Shown: positions 1 to 14,257, counted from the first letter of the stretch. The stretch: DNA of 35,339 nt from Desulfobulbales bacterium (GCA_029210665.1 JARGFN010000004.1:1-35339), one strand, 5' to 3'. Notes: generated by a model from the letters alone, not told the origin. Numbers and translations are program-made.

Positions 1-75
1 CCAGCGTAGCTCAGCTGGTAGAGCTACTGATTTGTAATCAGTGGGTCGGGGGTTCAAATCCCTCCGCTGGCTCCA
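1..75 (+). tRNA. tRNA-Thr(TGT), first G cut off by the window edge
   Basis: Cloverleaf with anticodon stem ACTGA/TCAGT around loop TTTGTAA, T-loop TTCAAAT and encoded CCA at 73-75. Confidence 0.95.
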
Positions 76-85
76 TAAATATATT

Positions 86-170
86 GGTGGGGTTCCCGAG
101 TGGCCAAAGGGAACAGACTGTAAATCTGTCGGCGTAGCCTTCGGAGGTTCAAATCCTCCCCCCTCCACCA
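86..170 (+). tRNA. tRNA-Tyr(GTA)
   Basis: Anticodon stem ACAGA/TCTGT around loop CTGTAAA, long variable arm, T-arm GGAGG-TTCAAAT-CCTCC, ends ACCA. Confidence 0.95.
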
Positions 171-224
171 TTGATTTTTTCGCCGGATCTTCGATCGGCG
201 GGGTATTTTTAGAGACGACAAACA

Positions 225-300
225 GCGGGAATAGCTCAATTGGTAGAGCATCAGCCTTCCAAGCTGAGGGTCGCGGGTTCGAAACCCGTTTCCCGCTCCA
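225..300 (+). tRNA. tRNA-Gly(TCC)
   Basis: Acceptor GCGGGAA/TTCCCGC, anticodon loop CTTCCAA, ends TCCA. Confidence 0.96.
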
Positions 301-357
301 TAATCTTTATGGACCAGCCTCTCGGGGGCTGCCGGTGAAGTTGGTTTTTTTCGACAG

Positions 358-433
358 GCCCACGTAACTCAGTAGGTAGAGTACTTCCTTGGTAAGGAAG
401 AAGTCACCGGTTCGAATCCGGTCGTGGGCTCCA
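358..433 (+). tRNA. tRNA-Thr(GGT)
   Basis: Acceptor GCCCACG/CGTGGGC, anticodon loop TTGGTAA, ends TCCA; completes the classic Thr-Tyr-Gly-Thr-tuf cluster. Confidence 0.96.
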
Positions 434-518
434 GGCAATCGATGGTCGGTCCGGAGCAGAGGTCGAACGGGACCTGTACGGGGTAAATATTAGAAAATCA
501 GGGCAGAGGAGATTTGTC

Positions 519-1709
519 ATGGCAAAGGAAAAGTTTGAAAGAAGTAAACCGCATGTAAACATCGGTACGATCGGTCATATCGATCATGGTAAAACGACTT
601 TGACCTCGGCAATCACCCGGGTACTGGCCACCAAGGGCCTGGCCTCCGCGACCGCCTTTGACGAAATCGACAAGGCGCCCGAGGAGAAGGAGCGCGGCAT
701 CACCATCGCCACCGCCCATGTGGAGTACCAGACCGAGAAACGTCATTACGCCCACGTCGACTGTCCCGGCCACGCCGATTATATCAAGAACATGATCACC
801 GGCGCCGCCCAGATGGACGGGGCGATCCTGGTGGTTGCCGCCACCGACGGCCCGATGCCCCAGACCCGCGAGCACATTCTGCTCGCCCGCCAGGTCGGGG
901 TGCCGGCCATCGTGGTATTCATGAACAAATGCGACCAGGTCGACGATGAGGAACTCTTGGAACTGGTCGACATGGAGCTCCGCGAGCTTCTCAATAAATA
1001 CGAGTTCCCCGGCGACGACACCCCGATCATCCAGGGCAGCGCCCTGAAGGCCCTGGAGAATCCCGAGGATGAAGCGGCCGCCAAGTGTATCTGGGAATTG
1101 ATGGAAGCGTGCGACAGTTTCGTGCCGGAGCCGAAGCGCGATATCGACAAGCCTTTCCTGATGCCGGTTGAGGATGTTTTCTCGATTTCCGGGCGCGGCA
1201 CCGTCGCCACCGGCCGGATCGAGCGGGGGATCATCAAGGTCGGCGGCGAGGTTGAGATCGTCGGCATCACCGATACCCAGAAGACCACGGTTACCGGGGT
1301 CGAGATGTTCCGCAAGCTGCTGGACGAGGGTCAGGCCGGCGACAATGTCGGCATCCTGCTGCGCGGCACCAAGCGCGAGGAGATCCAGCGCGGTCAGGTT
1401 CTCGCCGCGCCGAAGACCATCACCCCGCATACCAAGTTCAAGGCGGAATGCTACATATTGAGTAAAGAGGAAGGCGGTCGGCATACCCCGTTTTTCAACG
1501 GCTATCGTCCGCAGTTTTACTTCCGGACCACCGACGTGACCGGAGTGGTAAATCTGGAGGCCGGAGTTGAGATGGTAATGCCCGGTGACAACGTCACCAT
1601 CGAGGGCTCCCTGATCACCCCGATCGCCATGGAAGAAGGCCTTCGTTTTGCGATCCGCGAGGGTGGCCGGACCGTCGGCGCCGGCGTTATCAATAAGATT
1701 ATCGAGTAG
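519..1709 (+). CDS. tuf: Elongation factor Tu (tRNA-linked, tufB-position copy)
   Basis: [19 protein letters not shown] and NKCD motifs; 396 aa; SD GAGGAG. Confidence 0.99.
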   Translation: MAKEKFERSKPHVNIGTIGHIDHGKTTLTSAITRVLATKGLASATAFDEIDKAPEEKERGITIATAHVEYQTEKRHYAHVDCPGHADYIKNMITGAAQMDGAILVVAATDGPMPQTREHILLARQVGVPAIVVFMNKCDQVDDEELLELVDMELRELLNKYEFPGDDTPIIQGSALKALENPEDEAAAKCIWELMEACDSFVPEPKRDIDKPFLMPVEDVFSISGRGTVATGRIERGIIKVGGEVEIVGITDTQKTTVTGVEMFRKLLDEGQAGDNVGILLRGTKREEIQRGQVLAAPKTITPHTKFKAECYILSKEEGGRHTPFFNGYRPQFYFRTTDVTGVVNLEAGVEMVMPGDNVTIEGSLITPIAMEEGLRFAIREGGRTVGAGVINKIIE

Positions 1710-1794
1710 TTTTCGCTATTTAGATAAATTTTGGCTGTCGCTTAGCGCCCTTTTTTTATGCGGGCTGACAACCAGCTCTATACTGGCAGGGACA

Positions 1795-1944
1795 ATGAGA
1801 GATATTATCACTTTGGGCTGTACCGAATGCAAACAGCGCAATTACACCACGACCAAGAACAAGCGGAAGACTCCCAATAAACTGGAGTTCAAGAAATATT
1901 GCCGTTTCTGTCGAAGCCATACACTTCACAAGGAAACCAAGTAG
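1795..1944 (+). CDS. rpmG: 50S ribosomal protein L33 (Zn-binding, CxxC...CxxC form)
   Basis: [39 protein letters not shown]...; true ATG at 1795, the ORF track over-extends it upstream. Confidence 0.97.
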   Translation: MRDIITLGCTECKQRNYTTTKNKRKTPNKLEFKKYCRFCRSHTLHKETK

Positions 1945-1955
1945 CGGTACGGTAG

Positions 1956-2032
1956 AGGCCAGTAGCTCTAATTGGTAGAGCATCGGACTCCAAATCCGAG
2001 GGCTGGGGGTTCGAATCCCTCCTGGCCTGCCA
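1956..2032 (+). tRNA. tRNA-Trp(CCA)
   Basis: Acceptor AGGCCAG/CTGGCCT, anticodon loop CTCCAAA, ends GCCA; usual position between rpmG and secE. Confidence 0.96.
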
Positions 2033-2105
2033 ATCCAAAACTTTCTTGGCCTGCGTCACATCGAGGCGAAGCAAGCTGATTGAAAGGTGCTTGTCAGGTT
2101 GTTTT

Positions 2106-2135
2106 TTGCCGATACAACGGCAGTCGAGGTATGAT
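2106..2135 (+). promoter_or_regulatory. Candidate sigma70 promoter for secE-nusG
   Basis: TTGCCG, 18-nt spacer, TATGAT. Confidence 0.45.
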
Positions 2136-2137
2136 AA

Positions 2138-2195
2138 CTTATACCCTCAGGGCGTAAGTTTCGTACGAGCCGACAAGCTGTTCAACTCAGCTTTA
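2138..2195. repeat. Structured dispersed repeat, copy 1 (upstream of secE)
   Basis: 48 of 58 alignment columns identical to 30652-30708; begins with hairpin CTTATACCC-TCA-GGGCGTAAG. Confidence 0.85.
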
Positions 2196-2246
2196 TCTGA
2201 CAGAAGAACTTTACTCGCCAGCCGGTTGCAACTTTAGAGAAATTTT

Positions 2247-2507
2247 ATGACTGAGAACAAGACCGACCTACCTCGTAAAAAGAAAGGCGAAAAAGATCGC
2301 GGTGATGCGCCCGGTAAATTCAGGATAGCGCAGATCAAAGAGTTTTACGGCGAGGTAAAAAGGGAATTTACCAAGATAGCCTGGCCAAACAAAAAGAACA
2401 CCGTTACTTCGGCCGTGGTCGTCATCGTTTTTGTGACGATCATGGCATTATATCTCGGCTCGGTGGATCTTGTTATCGGCAAGCTGGTCAGTCTTGTGTT
2501 GAATTGA
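2247..2507 (+). CDS. secE: Preprotein translocase subunit SecE
   Basis: EVKREFTKIAWP motif followed by one transmembrane segment; lies just before nusG. Confidence 0.95.
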   Translation: MTENKTDLPRKKKGEKDRGDAPGKFRIAQIKEFYGEVKREFTKIAWPNKKNTVTSAVVVIVFVTIMALYLGSVDLVIGKLVSLVLN

Positions 2508-2536
2508 AATCCAGGCGGGGTTAAACGACGGAAATT

Positions 2537-3067
2537 ATGGCGCGATCATGGTACATACTGCATACTTATTCCGGTTTTGAGGAACAGGTTAAGGCAGCCT
2601 TGCAAGAGAGAATAAGAAATGCCGGGCAGGAGGAATTCTTCGGCGAAATTCTTGTTCCGACCGAGCAGGTTGTCGAGATGGTCAAGGGTACCAAGAAAAC
2701 CTCTTCGCGTAAATTTTTCCCCGGATACATATTGCTTAATGTCGATCTGAACGATCACACCTGGCATACGGTTCGGGACACCCCGAAGGTGACCGGATTC
2801 GTCGGCGACGATCTGCATCCCCAGGCCCTGTCCGATGACGAGGCGATGAAGATCATCGGCCGGATCAAGGATGGGGCGCTTAAGCCGAAACCGAAGGTGA
2901 TGTACGAAATCGGCGATTCGGTCAGGGTAACGGATGGCCCTTTTGCCAATTTTCAAGGGACCGTCGATGAAGTGTTTCCCGAGAAGGGACGCGTCAAGGT
3001 AATGGTCTCCATATTCGGCAGAGAGACTCCGGTCGAGCTCGAATTTGTTCAGGTCGTCAAGGGTTGA
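2537..3067 (+). CDS. nusG: Transcription termination/antitermination factor NusG
   Basis: [21 protein letters not shown] motif [19 protein letters not shown]. Confidence 0.99.
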   Translation: MARSWYILHTYSGFEEQVKAALQERIRNAGQEEFFGEILVPTEQVVEMVKGTKKTSSRKFFPGYILLNVDLNDHTWHTVRDTPKVTGFVGDDLHPQALSDDEAMKIIGRIKDGALKPKPKVMYEIGDSVRVTDGPFANFQGTVDEVFPEKGRVKVMVSIFGRETPVELEFVQVVKG

Positions 3068-3127
3068 TTGGCGGCCGCATCATTTTTACGATTGTAGAAT
3101 AATCAAGCTGTATTACAGGAGAAGACG

Positions 3128-3553
3128 ATGGCTAAAAAGATTCAGGGCTATATAAAATTACAGATTCAGGCGGGCAAGGCGAATCCTTCCCCGCCTATTG
3201 GCCCTGCCCTGGGGCAGCATGGCGTTAATATCATGGAGTTCTGCAAGGCCTATAACGCCAAGACCCAGGACAAGGGTGATATGATCATTCCGGTGGTGAT
3301 TACCGTTTATGCCGACCGCTCTTTTTCTTTTATAACCAAGACCCCGCCGGCTTCGACTCTTCTGCTCAGGGCCGCCAAACTGAAGGGTGGTTCGAGTAAT
3401 CCCAAGCGGGAAAGGGTTGCCCGGCTCTCCCGCGACAAGGTCAGGGAGATTGCCGAAATCAAGTTGCCTGATTTGAATGCCTACGATATCGAGGCGGCCA
3501 TCAGGATCGTTGAAGGCACGGCGCGGAGCTGCGGCATCACGGTTGTCGATTAG
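3128..3553 (+). CDS. rplK: 50S ribosomal protein L11
   Basis: [26 protein letters not shown]. Confidence 0.99.
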   Translation: MAKKIQGYIKLQIQAGKANPSPPIGPALGQHGVNIMEFCKAYNAKTQDKGDMIIPVVITVYADRSFSFITKTPPASTLLLRAAKLKGGSSNPKRERVARLSRDKVREIAEIKLPDLNAYDIEAAIRIVEGTARSCGITVVD

Positions 3554-3628
3554 TCCCGGTTTTTTTGCGACGCCGCCTTACGTGATAGACCATAATATAA
3601 TCTGATCTCAGTTATTGGAGTAGCAGTC

Positions 3629-4342
3629 ATGACGAAAAGAGGAAAGAATTACCGGCAGAACCTCGCCCAAGTCGATGCCGAAAAGATGTATGGCGTTGAT
3701 GAGGGATTGGAGCTGGCCCTTAAGACCAAATACGCAAAATTTGACGAATCCCTGGACATTGCGGTGCGGCTCGGCGTTGATCCGCGTCATGCCGACCAGA
3801 TGATCAGAAGCAGTATCGTGTTGCCGAACGGCACCGGCAAAACCGAACGCGTTCTGGTTTTCGCCAAGGGTGAAAAGGTCCAGGAAGCCTTGGATGCCGG
3901 CGCCGATTATGCCGGTGGCGATGAGCTTGTCGAGAAGATTCAGGGCGGCTGGCTTGAGTTTGATAAAACCATTGCGACGCCGGATATGATGGGCACCGTC
4001 GGTAAAATCGGCCGGGTGCTCGGACCCCGGAATCTTATGCCGAACGCCAAGCTCGGCACCGTAACCTTCGACGTGGGCCGCGTGGTGGCTGAGGTAAAAG
4101 GCGGCAAGGTCGATTTCAAGGTCGACAAATCGGGGATTGTGCATGCCATGGTCGGCCGGGCTTCTTTCGGGGCCGAAAAACTCAGGCAGAATGTCTATGC
4201 CTTTATTGATCGCCTGATCCAGTTGAAACCCTCTTCCTCGAAAGGCGTCTATCTGAAAGGGATCAGCCTGTCCACCACGATGGGGCCCGGTATCAAGATC
4301 GATCCCGTCGAGGCCAGGGCCGTGATAAAAACCGCCGGTTGA
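3629..4342 (+). CDS. rplA: 50S ribosomal protein L1
   Basis: KFDES, LGVDPRHADQ, LGPRNLMPN, STTMGPG. Confidence 0.99.
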   Translation: MTKRGKNYRQNLAQVDAEKMYGVDEGLELALKTKYAKFDESLDIAVRLGVDPRHADQMIRSSIVLPNGTGKTERVLVFAKGEKVQEALDAGADYAGGDELVEKIQGGWLEFDKTIATPDMMGTVGKIGRVLGPRNLMPNAKLGTVTFDVGRVVAEVKGGKVDFKVDKSGIVHAMVGRASFGAEKLRQNVYAFIDRLIQLKPSSSKGVYLKGISLSTTMGPGIKIDPVEARAVIKTAG

Positions 4343-4454
4343 TAATTTTTTTTTGCCCGCCGGTTCTTGCCGGTGGTATCATTAGGTCGCGGTGTTGGTC
4401 TTTCCGTCCTGGCGTAGCGGGTTGTGAGAGACCGATGTCGCTTTGTAAGCAGTT

Positions 4455-4550
4455 TGAGTCGAAGACCGTGGGCGCCTCGTGAGGGGCTTAATCGGTGTTG
4501 CGGCTGCCCAAGCTTCGGCAGTTCGACAGCGGCCTGCCTAGACGATCGGA
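4455..4550 (+). promoter_or_regulatory. L10 leader (rplJ autoregulatory RNA)
   Basis: Recognisable blocks GTCGAAGACCGTGGG ... GCTTAA ... CCTGCCTAGACG in the 358-nt spacer upstream of rplJ; matched from memory of the family. Confidence 0.8.
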
Positions 4551-4700
4551 CATATAAGTAGCGTTGTAAGCTGCGGATCAACCGGCTGAAGCCAATCTAG
4601 TTGCCTTTCAGCTATTTCCCGAAGATCTTACATTGTCTGTGATTAATCGACCTCGACTGTTTTGGTTGTAAAACTCAGTTGAAAAAGGAGGTAATAGACA

Positions 4701-5222
4701 TTGAAGCGTGATGAAAAGGCGACGGTAGTCGAAGAGCTGAATAGCAAGTTTTGCGAAGCGACGCTTGCCATTGTCACCGACTACCAGGGAATGAAGGTTG
4801 CCGTGCTGGAAGGTCTGCGCCGGGAACTGAAAAAGAACAACGCCGAAATAAGGGTAGCCAAGAACACCCTTTTGCGAAGGGCGGTGGCCGGCACGGCATT
4901 TGAATCCATTACCGATTCATGCAAAGGCACAACCGCCGTGACCATGTCCTATGAAGATCCGGTGGCGCCTGCCAAAATCCTGGTCGATTTCGCCAAGGAT
5001 AATCCGGCCCTGGCAATCCGGATCGCCTGTATGGATGGCGCGATCTTGTCTGCGGCGGACATTGTCGCCCTTTCCAAGCTGCCGGGCCGCGATGTTCTGC
5101 TCGGCCAGTTGCTGTCCGTCATGAACGGCGTTTCCACCGGCTTTGTGCGCGTGTTGAATGGCGTGCCCAGCAAGCTGGTTTATGCATTGAACGCGATCGG
5201 CGAGCAGAAGAGTCAAGCGTAA
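4701..5222 (+). CDS. rplJ: 50S ribosomal protein L10 (TTG start)
   Basis: DYQGM, RVAKNTLLRRA, LSKLPGRD; perfect SD AAGGAGGT. Confidence 0.98.
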   Translation: MKRDEKATVVEELNSKFCEATLAIVTDYQGMKVAVLEGLRRELKKNNAEIRVAKNTLLRRAVAGTAFESITDSCKGTTAVTMSYEDPVAPAKILVDFAKDNPALAIRIACMDGAILSAADIVALSKLPGRDVLLGQLLSVMNGVSTGFVRVLNGVPSKLVYALNAIGEQKSQA

Positions 5223-5271
5223 AAACTTCTAAAATTTTAATTCAAGATAATTGTTCCAGGAGGAATTTGAC

Positions 5272-5652
5272 ATGGCTGTAACCAAAGAAGACGTAATCGA
5301 TTTTATTTCCAATATGACTGTTCTTGAGCTTTCCGAACTCGTTAAGGAACTGGAAGAAAAATTCGGCGTTTCCGCCGCCGCTCCCGTTGCGGTAGCGGCC
5401 GGCCCGGCCGGCGGTGGCGAAGCCGTCGCCGCTGAAGAGAAGACCGAATTTGACGTAATCCTTACCTCGGCCGGCGATAAGAAGATCGGGGTTATCAAGG
5501 AAGTCCGGGCTATCACTTCCCTGGGTCTTAAGGAAGCCAAGGAGCTGGTCGAAGGCGCGCCGCAGCCGATCAAGGAAGGCGTTACCAAGGAAGAGGCCGA
5601 ACAGATTAAAGCCAAGATCGAAGCCGCCGGCGGCGGGGTTGAAGTCAAGTAA
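5272..5652 (+). CDS. rplL: 50S ribosomal protein L7/L12
   Basis: [32 protein letters not shown]; ATG at 5272 follows SD AGGAGG. Confidence 0.99.
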   Translation: MAVTKEDVIDFISNMTVLELSELVKELEEKFGVSAAAPVAVAAGPAGGGEAVAAEEKTEFDVILTSAGDKKIGVIKEVRAITSLGLKEAKELVEGAPQPIKEGVTKEEAEQIKAKIEAAGGGVEVK

Positions 5653-5745
5653 GTCGTCTTGTTGATTAAGACGAGCCGGTGTCAAGCTCCTGGCTTGCGC
5701 CGGCTCGACCGCGGAGGTCCTGCTTCCGCGGGTTTTGCTGGGAAT

Positions 5746-5785
5746 AACGCTACGGGGGCAACCCCGTAGCGTTTATTGCGTTTTT
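5746..5785 (+). terminator. Terminator/attenuator between rplL and rpoB
   Basis: Perfect 12-bp stem AACGCTACGGGG-GCAA-CCCCGTAGCGTT followed by TATTGCGTTTTT. Confidence 0.75.
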
Positions 5786-5887
5786 ATATTACCGGATTTG
5801 GCCGTGTCTTGTTGTCTGGTCTGGCAGCAGATTTTTTCCGGGAATTTACCGTGGGCCGCATTGTTAAATTGACGAGGGCGATGCTGA

Positions 5888-9976
<4,089 letters not shown>

Positions 9977-9982
9977 TCAGTT

Positions 9983-10118
9983 TTGATGGCGTCGCATAAA
10001 AGTCACAAAACCCTTCGCCAGGCTCAGGCTGAGCGGAGCGACCTATTGATTTAGCGTTCGTGCCGAGCTTGTCGAAGTGCGCTCCATTAATCTTCGGGGA
10101 CTTTTTGCGAGTTCATTA
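9983..10118. repeat. Nested imperfect palindromic element (REP/MITE-like)
   Basis: Outer inverted repeat 9983-10004 / 10099-10118 encloses inner inverted repeat 10013-10035 / 10055-10077. Confidence 0.75.
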
Positions 10119-10195
10119 TTATTGATGAGTTTGCCAAAAGTTTCGGAATGGCGTCGGTAATTTTCTGAATAACAGAATACAGAAAGGTGTGAATC

Positions 10196-13100
10196 GTGGA
10201 CGAACTTTTCAGTTTTTTCGATAAAGGTAAAAAACCGGTAAGATTTGAATCCGTCAGAATATCCCTGGCTTCGCCCGAGAAGATTCGTGACTGGTCAAAT
10301 GGTGAAGTGAAAAAACCGGAGACCATTAACTATCGGACATTCAAGCCCGAACGAGACGGGTTGTTCTGTGCCAAGATCTTCGGCCCGGTCAAGGATTACG
10401 AGTGTAATTGCGGCAAATACAAGCGGATGAAGCACCGGGGGGTGGTCTGTGAGAAGTGCGGAGTCGAGGTTATTCAGTCCAAGGTTCGCCGCGAGCGCCT
10501 CGGCCATATTGAGCTTGCCGCCCCGGTGGCCCATATCTGGTTCCTTAAAAGCCTGCCGAGCAAGATCGGCAACATGCTGGATCTCACTCTTAAGGAACTC
10601 GAGAAGGTTCTCTATTTCGACTCCTATGTCATCACCAGATCGGAAGCTCCGGCCCTGCCGACTTGTACGCTGCTTAACGAGGAGCAGTATCAGCAGGCCC
10701 TGGCCGAGTATCCCGGCCAGTTCGCCGTCGGCATCGGCGCCGAGGCGATCAAGGCCCTGCTCCATGACCAGGATCTTAACGCGCTTTCCACTGAACTTCG
10801 GGAAGCGATGCGCAGCACCGGTTCCGAGGCCAAACGCAAGAAATACGCCAAGCGTCTTCACGTCGTGGAGGCTTTTCGCGATTCGGGTAACCGGCCCGAA
10901 TGGATGATTCTGGACATTATTCCGGTCCTGCCGCCCGATCTGCGGCCGCTGGTCCCCCTCGAAGGCGGCCGCTTCGCTACCTCCGACCTCAATGATTTGT
11001 ATCGGCGGGTGATCAACCGCAACAATCGCTTGAAGCGTCTTCTTGAGCTTGATGCCCCCGAGATCATTATCCGTAACGAAAAGCGCATGCTGCAGGAATC
11101 GGTTGATGTCCTTTTCGATAACGGCCGGCGCGGCAAGGTGATTACCGGCCCCAATAAGCGGCCCTTGAAATCCCTGAGCGATATGCTCAAGGGTAAGCAG
11201 GGGCGCTTTCGCCAGAATCTGCTCGGCAAACGGGTCGATTATTCCGGCCGGTCGGTGATTGTCGTCGGTCCCTATCTGCGTCTTCATCAATGCGGTCTGC
11301 CGAAAAAAATGGCTTTGGAGCTTTTCAAGCCCTTCATTTACTCCAAGCTGGAGCAAAGGGGTTATGTCAGCACCATCAAGAGTGCCCGCAAGATGGTCGA
11401 GAAGGCCACCAAGGAGGTTTGGGACGTCCTTGACGAGGTGGTGAAGGAGCACCCGGTTATCCTGAACCGGGCTCCGACTCTCCATCGTCTTGGCATGCAG
11501 GCCTTCGAGCCTCTGCTCATCGAGGGAAAGGCGATTCAGCTTCATCCCCTGGTCTGCACCGCTTTCAATGCCGACTTTGATGGTGATCAGATGGCGGTGC
11601 ATGTTCCCTTGACGGTCGAGTCCCAGATGGAGGCCCGGGTGTTGATGATGTCCACCAACAACATCCTGTCGCCGGCCAATGGCGAACCGATCATTATCCC
11701 GTCCCAGGATATCGTCCTTGGTTTATATTACATGACCCGGGAGCGTCTGTTGGCAAAAGGGGAGGGCAAGGTTTTTTCCTCAACGACCGAGGCGATCCTG
11801 GCCTACGATTACAGGGAGGTTCATCTCCAGGCCAAGATCAAGGTCAGGATCGACGGTCAGATCGTCGACACCACCGTCGGCCGCGTGCTGGTCGGCGAAT
11901 TGTTGCCGGAAAACATCCCTTTCAGCAAGGTGAACAGGGTGCTTGGGAAAAAGGAGCTGGCCCAGCTGATCGACTACACCTATCGGCATGCCGGTACCAA
12001 GAACACCGTCTTGCTGGCCGACCGGCTTAAGGATCTCGGTTATGAACATTCGACCCTGGCGGGCATTTCGATCTCCATCAACGACATGATGATTCCGGTT
12101 AACAAGGATGATATTCTGGCCAAGGCCGAAAAAGAGGTCATGGATGTCGAGAACGGTTATCAGAACGGGGTTCTTACCGAAAGCGAGAAATACAATAACG
12201 TGGTCGATATCTGGTCGCGGGCGGCCGACAAGGTTACCGGCGAGATGATGGGCGAGATGAGCGTCCAGTACACCCGGGACAAGGACAACAAGATGGTCGA
12301 AAGCCCGAGCTTCAACTCGATTTTCATCATGGCCGACTCCGGGGCGAGGGGCAGTAAGGACCAGATCCGCCAGCTCGCCGGGATGCGCGGTCTGATGGCC
12401 AAGCCCTCCGGCGAGATCATCGAATCGCCCATCAAGGCGAATTTCCGGGAAGGATTAAGTGTTCTTGAATATTTTATCTCAACCCACGGCGCCCGGAAAG
12501 GGCTGGCCGATACGGCGCTGAAGACCGCCAACTCCGGTTACCTGACCCGCCGGCTGGTTGACGTCGCCCAGGATTCGACGATTGTCGAAAAGGACTGCGA
12601 AACCCTCGACGGCATCGAAGCCGAACCGTTGATGGAGGGCGGCCAGATTATCCAGCCGGTCGGCGACAGGATTCTGGGTCGCGTCGCCCTTGACGATATC
12701 ATCGATCCCTTTACCGGTGACCTGATTGTTGAAGCCAACGAGCAGATCACCGAGGATAAGGTCGACGAGATTAACGAGGCCGGTATCGACCGGGTTAATA
12801 TCAGATCCGTTCTGACCTGCCGTTCCAAGCGCGGCGTTTGCGCGATGTGCTACGGTCGCGATCTTGGCCGGGGTCATATGGTTAACCGGGGCGAGGCCGT
12901 CGGGATTATCGCGGCCCAGTCGATCGGCGAGCCCGGCACTCAGTTGACCATGCGGACCTTTCATATCGGCGGTACCGCCAGCCGAGCGGTCGAGCAGGCC
13001 GAGATTGTCTCCCAGCATGGCGGCAAGGTCAAATTCAACAATGTCCATACGGTCAGTAATGCCGCCGGCCAGCTGGTTTCCATGAACAGGAACGGCGAGG

Positions 13101-14257
13101 TGGTTATCGTCGGCTCCAAGGGGCGCGAGCGTGAACGTTATCGTTTGAATTACGGCGCCTTGCTGCTCGTCTCGGAAGGTGAGAAGGTCGAGCCCGGCAC
13201 CAGACTGGCCGAATGGGACCCTTTTTCCACCCCGATCGTCAGTGAAATCGGCGGGATCGTCAAATTCGGCGATATTGTCGAAGGCATCACCATGCAGGAA
13301 CAGGTTGATGCGGTTACCGGCCGATCGAGTCATGTCATTATGACGCCGCGGGTCGGCCAATATAATCCCCGGATTTCGTTGAAAGACGAAAAGGGCAAGA
13401 CCCTGAAACTGCCCAAAACCGGGTCCCCGGCCCGCTACAGCCTTTCAATCGGTACCATTATTTCGGTTGTGGAGGGCGACAGGATTGAACCGGGTACGAT
13501 TATCGGCAAGATATCGCGTGAAACCAGCAAGACCAAGGATATTACCGGTGGTTTGCCGCGGGTTGCCGAGTTGTTTGAAGTCCGCAAGCCGAAAGAGCAT
13601 GCCGTTATTGCCGAAATCGATGGCCAGGTCAGTTACGGCAAGGATCTTAAGGGCAAGAAACGGGTTGTCATCACCCCGGAGCTGGGCGAGGCCCGCGAGT
13701 ATCTGGTTCCCAAGGGCAAGCACATAATCGTCCACGAGGGTGACTATGTCAAGGCAGGTGAGCCGCTGATGGACGGTTCGCCCGATCCCAACGATATTCT
13801 CCGGGTCCTCGGGGTCAAGGAGCTGGCCCGCTTCCTGGTTAACGAGATCCAGGAGGTCTATCGATTGCAGGGCGTCAAGATCAACGATAAACACATCGAG
13901 GTTATCGTCCGGCAGATGCTGCGCCGGGTCACGATTACCGAGGTCGGCGACAGTACCTTCATGCTGGGCGAGCAAGTCGAATCGTCCCGCTTCGCCGAGG
14001 AGAACGAAAAGCTGATCGTCGCCGGCAGTCGTCCCGCCGTGGCCGAACCATTGCTGCTTGGGGTTACCAAGGCATCGCTGAGCACGGACAGCTTTATTTC
14101 GGCCGCCTCATTCCAGGAGACCACCAAGGTGTTGACCAATGCCGCCATGGCGGGCAGGGTTGATGACCTGAGCGGCCTGAAGGAAAATGTTATTATGGGG
14201 CGCCTGGTGCCGGCGGGTACCGGGCATCCCCGGTACAGGATCGGGTCCAGCGAGTAA
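10196..14257 (+). CDS. rpoC: RNA polymerase beta' subunit (GTG start)
   Basis: Catalytic NADFDGD, N-terminal Zn cysteines, [13 protein letters not shown]; 1353 aa. Confidence 0.99.
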   Translation: MDELFSFFDKGKKPVRFESVRISLASPEKIRDWSNGEVKKPETINYRTFKPERDGLFCAKIFGPVKDYECNCGKYKRMKHRGVVCEKCGVEVIQSKVRRERLGHIELAAPVAHIWFLKSLPSKIGNMLDLTLKELEKVLYFDSYVITRSEAPALPTCTLLNEEQYQQALAEYPGQFAVGIGAEAIKALLHDQDLNALSTELREAMRSTGSEAKRKKYAKRLHVVEAFRDSGNRPEWMILDIIPVLPPDLRPLVPLEGGRFATSDLNDLYRRVINRNNRLKRLLELDAPEIIIRNEKRMLQESVDVLFDNGRRGKVITGPNKRPLKSLSDMLKGKQGRFRQNLLGKRVDYSGRSVIVVGPYLRLHQCGLPKKMALELFKPFIYSKLEQRGYVSTIKSARKMVEKATKEVWDVLDEVVKEHPVILNRAPTLHRLGMQAFEPLLIEGKAIQLHPLVCTAFNADFDGDQMAVHVPLTVESQMEARVLMMSTNNILSPANGEPIIIPSQDIVLGLYYMTRERLLAKGEGKVFSSTTEAILAYDYREVHLQAKIKVRIDGQIVDTTVGRVLVGELLPENIPFSKVNRVLGKKELAQLIDYTYRHAGTKNTVLLADRLKDLGYEHSTLAGISISINDMMIPVNKDDILAKAEKEVMDVENGYQNGVLTESEKYNNVVDIWSRAADKVTGEMMGEMSVQYTRDKDNKMVESPSFNSIFIMADSGARGSKDQIRQLAGMRGLMAKPSGEIIESPIKANFREGLSVLEYFISTHGARKGLADTALKTANSGYLTRRLVDVAQDSTIVEKDCETLDGIEAEPLMEGGQIIQPVGDRILGRVALDDIIDPFTGDLIVEANEQITEDKVDEINEAGIDRVNIRSVLTCRSKRGVCAMCYGRDLGRGHMVNRGEAVGIIAAQSIGEPGTQLTMRTFHIGGTASRAVEQAEIVSQHGGKVKFNNVHTVSNAAGQLVSMNRNGEVVIVGSKGRERERYRLNYGALLLVSEGEKVEPGTRLAEWDPFSTPIVSEIGGIVKFGDIVEGITMQEQVDAVTGRSSHVIMTPRVGQYNPRISLKDEKGKTLKLPKTGSPARYSLSIGTIISVVEGDRIEPGTIIGKISRETSKTKDITGGLPRVAELFEVRKPKEHAVIAEIDGQVSYGKDLKGKKRVVITPELGEAREYLVPKGKHIIVHEGDYVKAGEPLMDGSPDPNDILRVLGVKELARFLVNEIQEVYRLQGVKINDKHIEVIVRQMLRRVTITEVGDSTFMLGEQVESSRFAEENEKLIVAGSRPAVAEPLLLGVTKASLSTDSFISAASFQETTKVLTNAAMAGRVDDLSGLKENVIMGRLVPAGTGHPRYRIGSSE

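Noticed and set aside
41-367. 108-aa and 65-aa ORFs over the tRNA cluster, and similar ORFs over tRNA-Trp
   Set aside because: Spurious translations of tRNA genes.
2045-2054. CTTGGCCTGC resembling the tRNA-Trp 3' end (att-like duplication)
   Set aside because: Only about 9-10 nt of match and no integrase or island; compatible with chance.
2130-2195. Hammerhead ribozyme reading of the minus strand of the repeat (CTGA...GAAAC-stem)
   Set aside because: The CUGANGA core is incomplete (CTGAGTT) and copy 2 lacks the UH cleavage triplet.
2046-2237. 63-aa ORF, and the 89-aa ORF at 30490-30759, sharing a peptide like P.G.SF.RA.K..NSAL
   Set aside because: The shared peptide just reflects the DNA repeat. 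The starts are non-ATG, one ORF overlaps map, and an indel between the copies breaks the frame.
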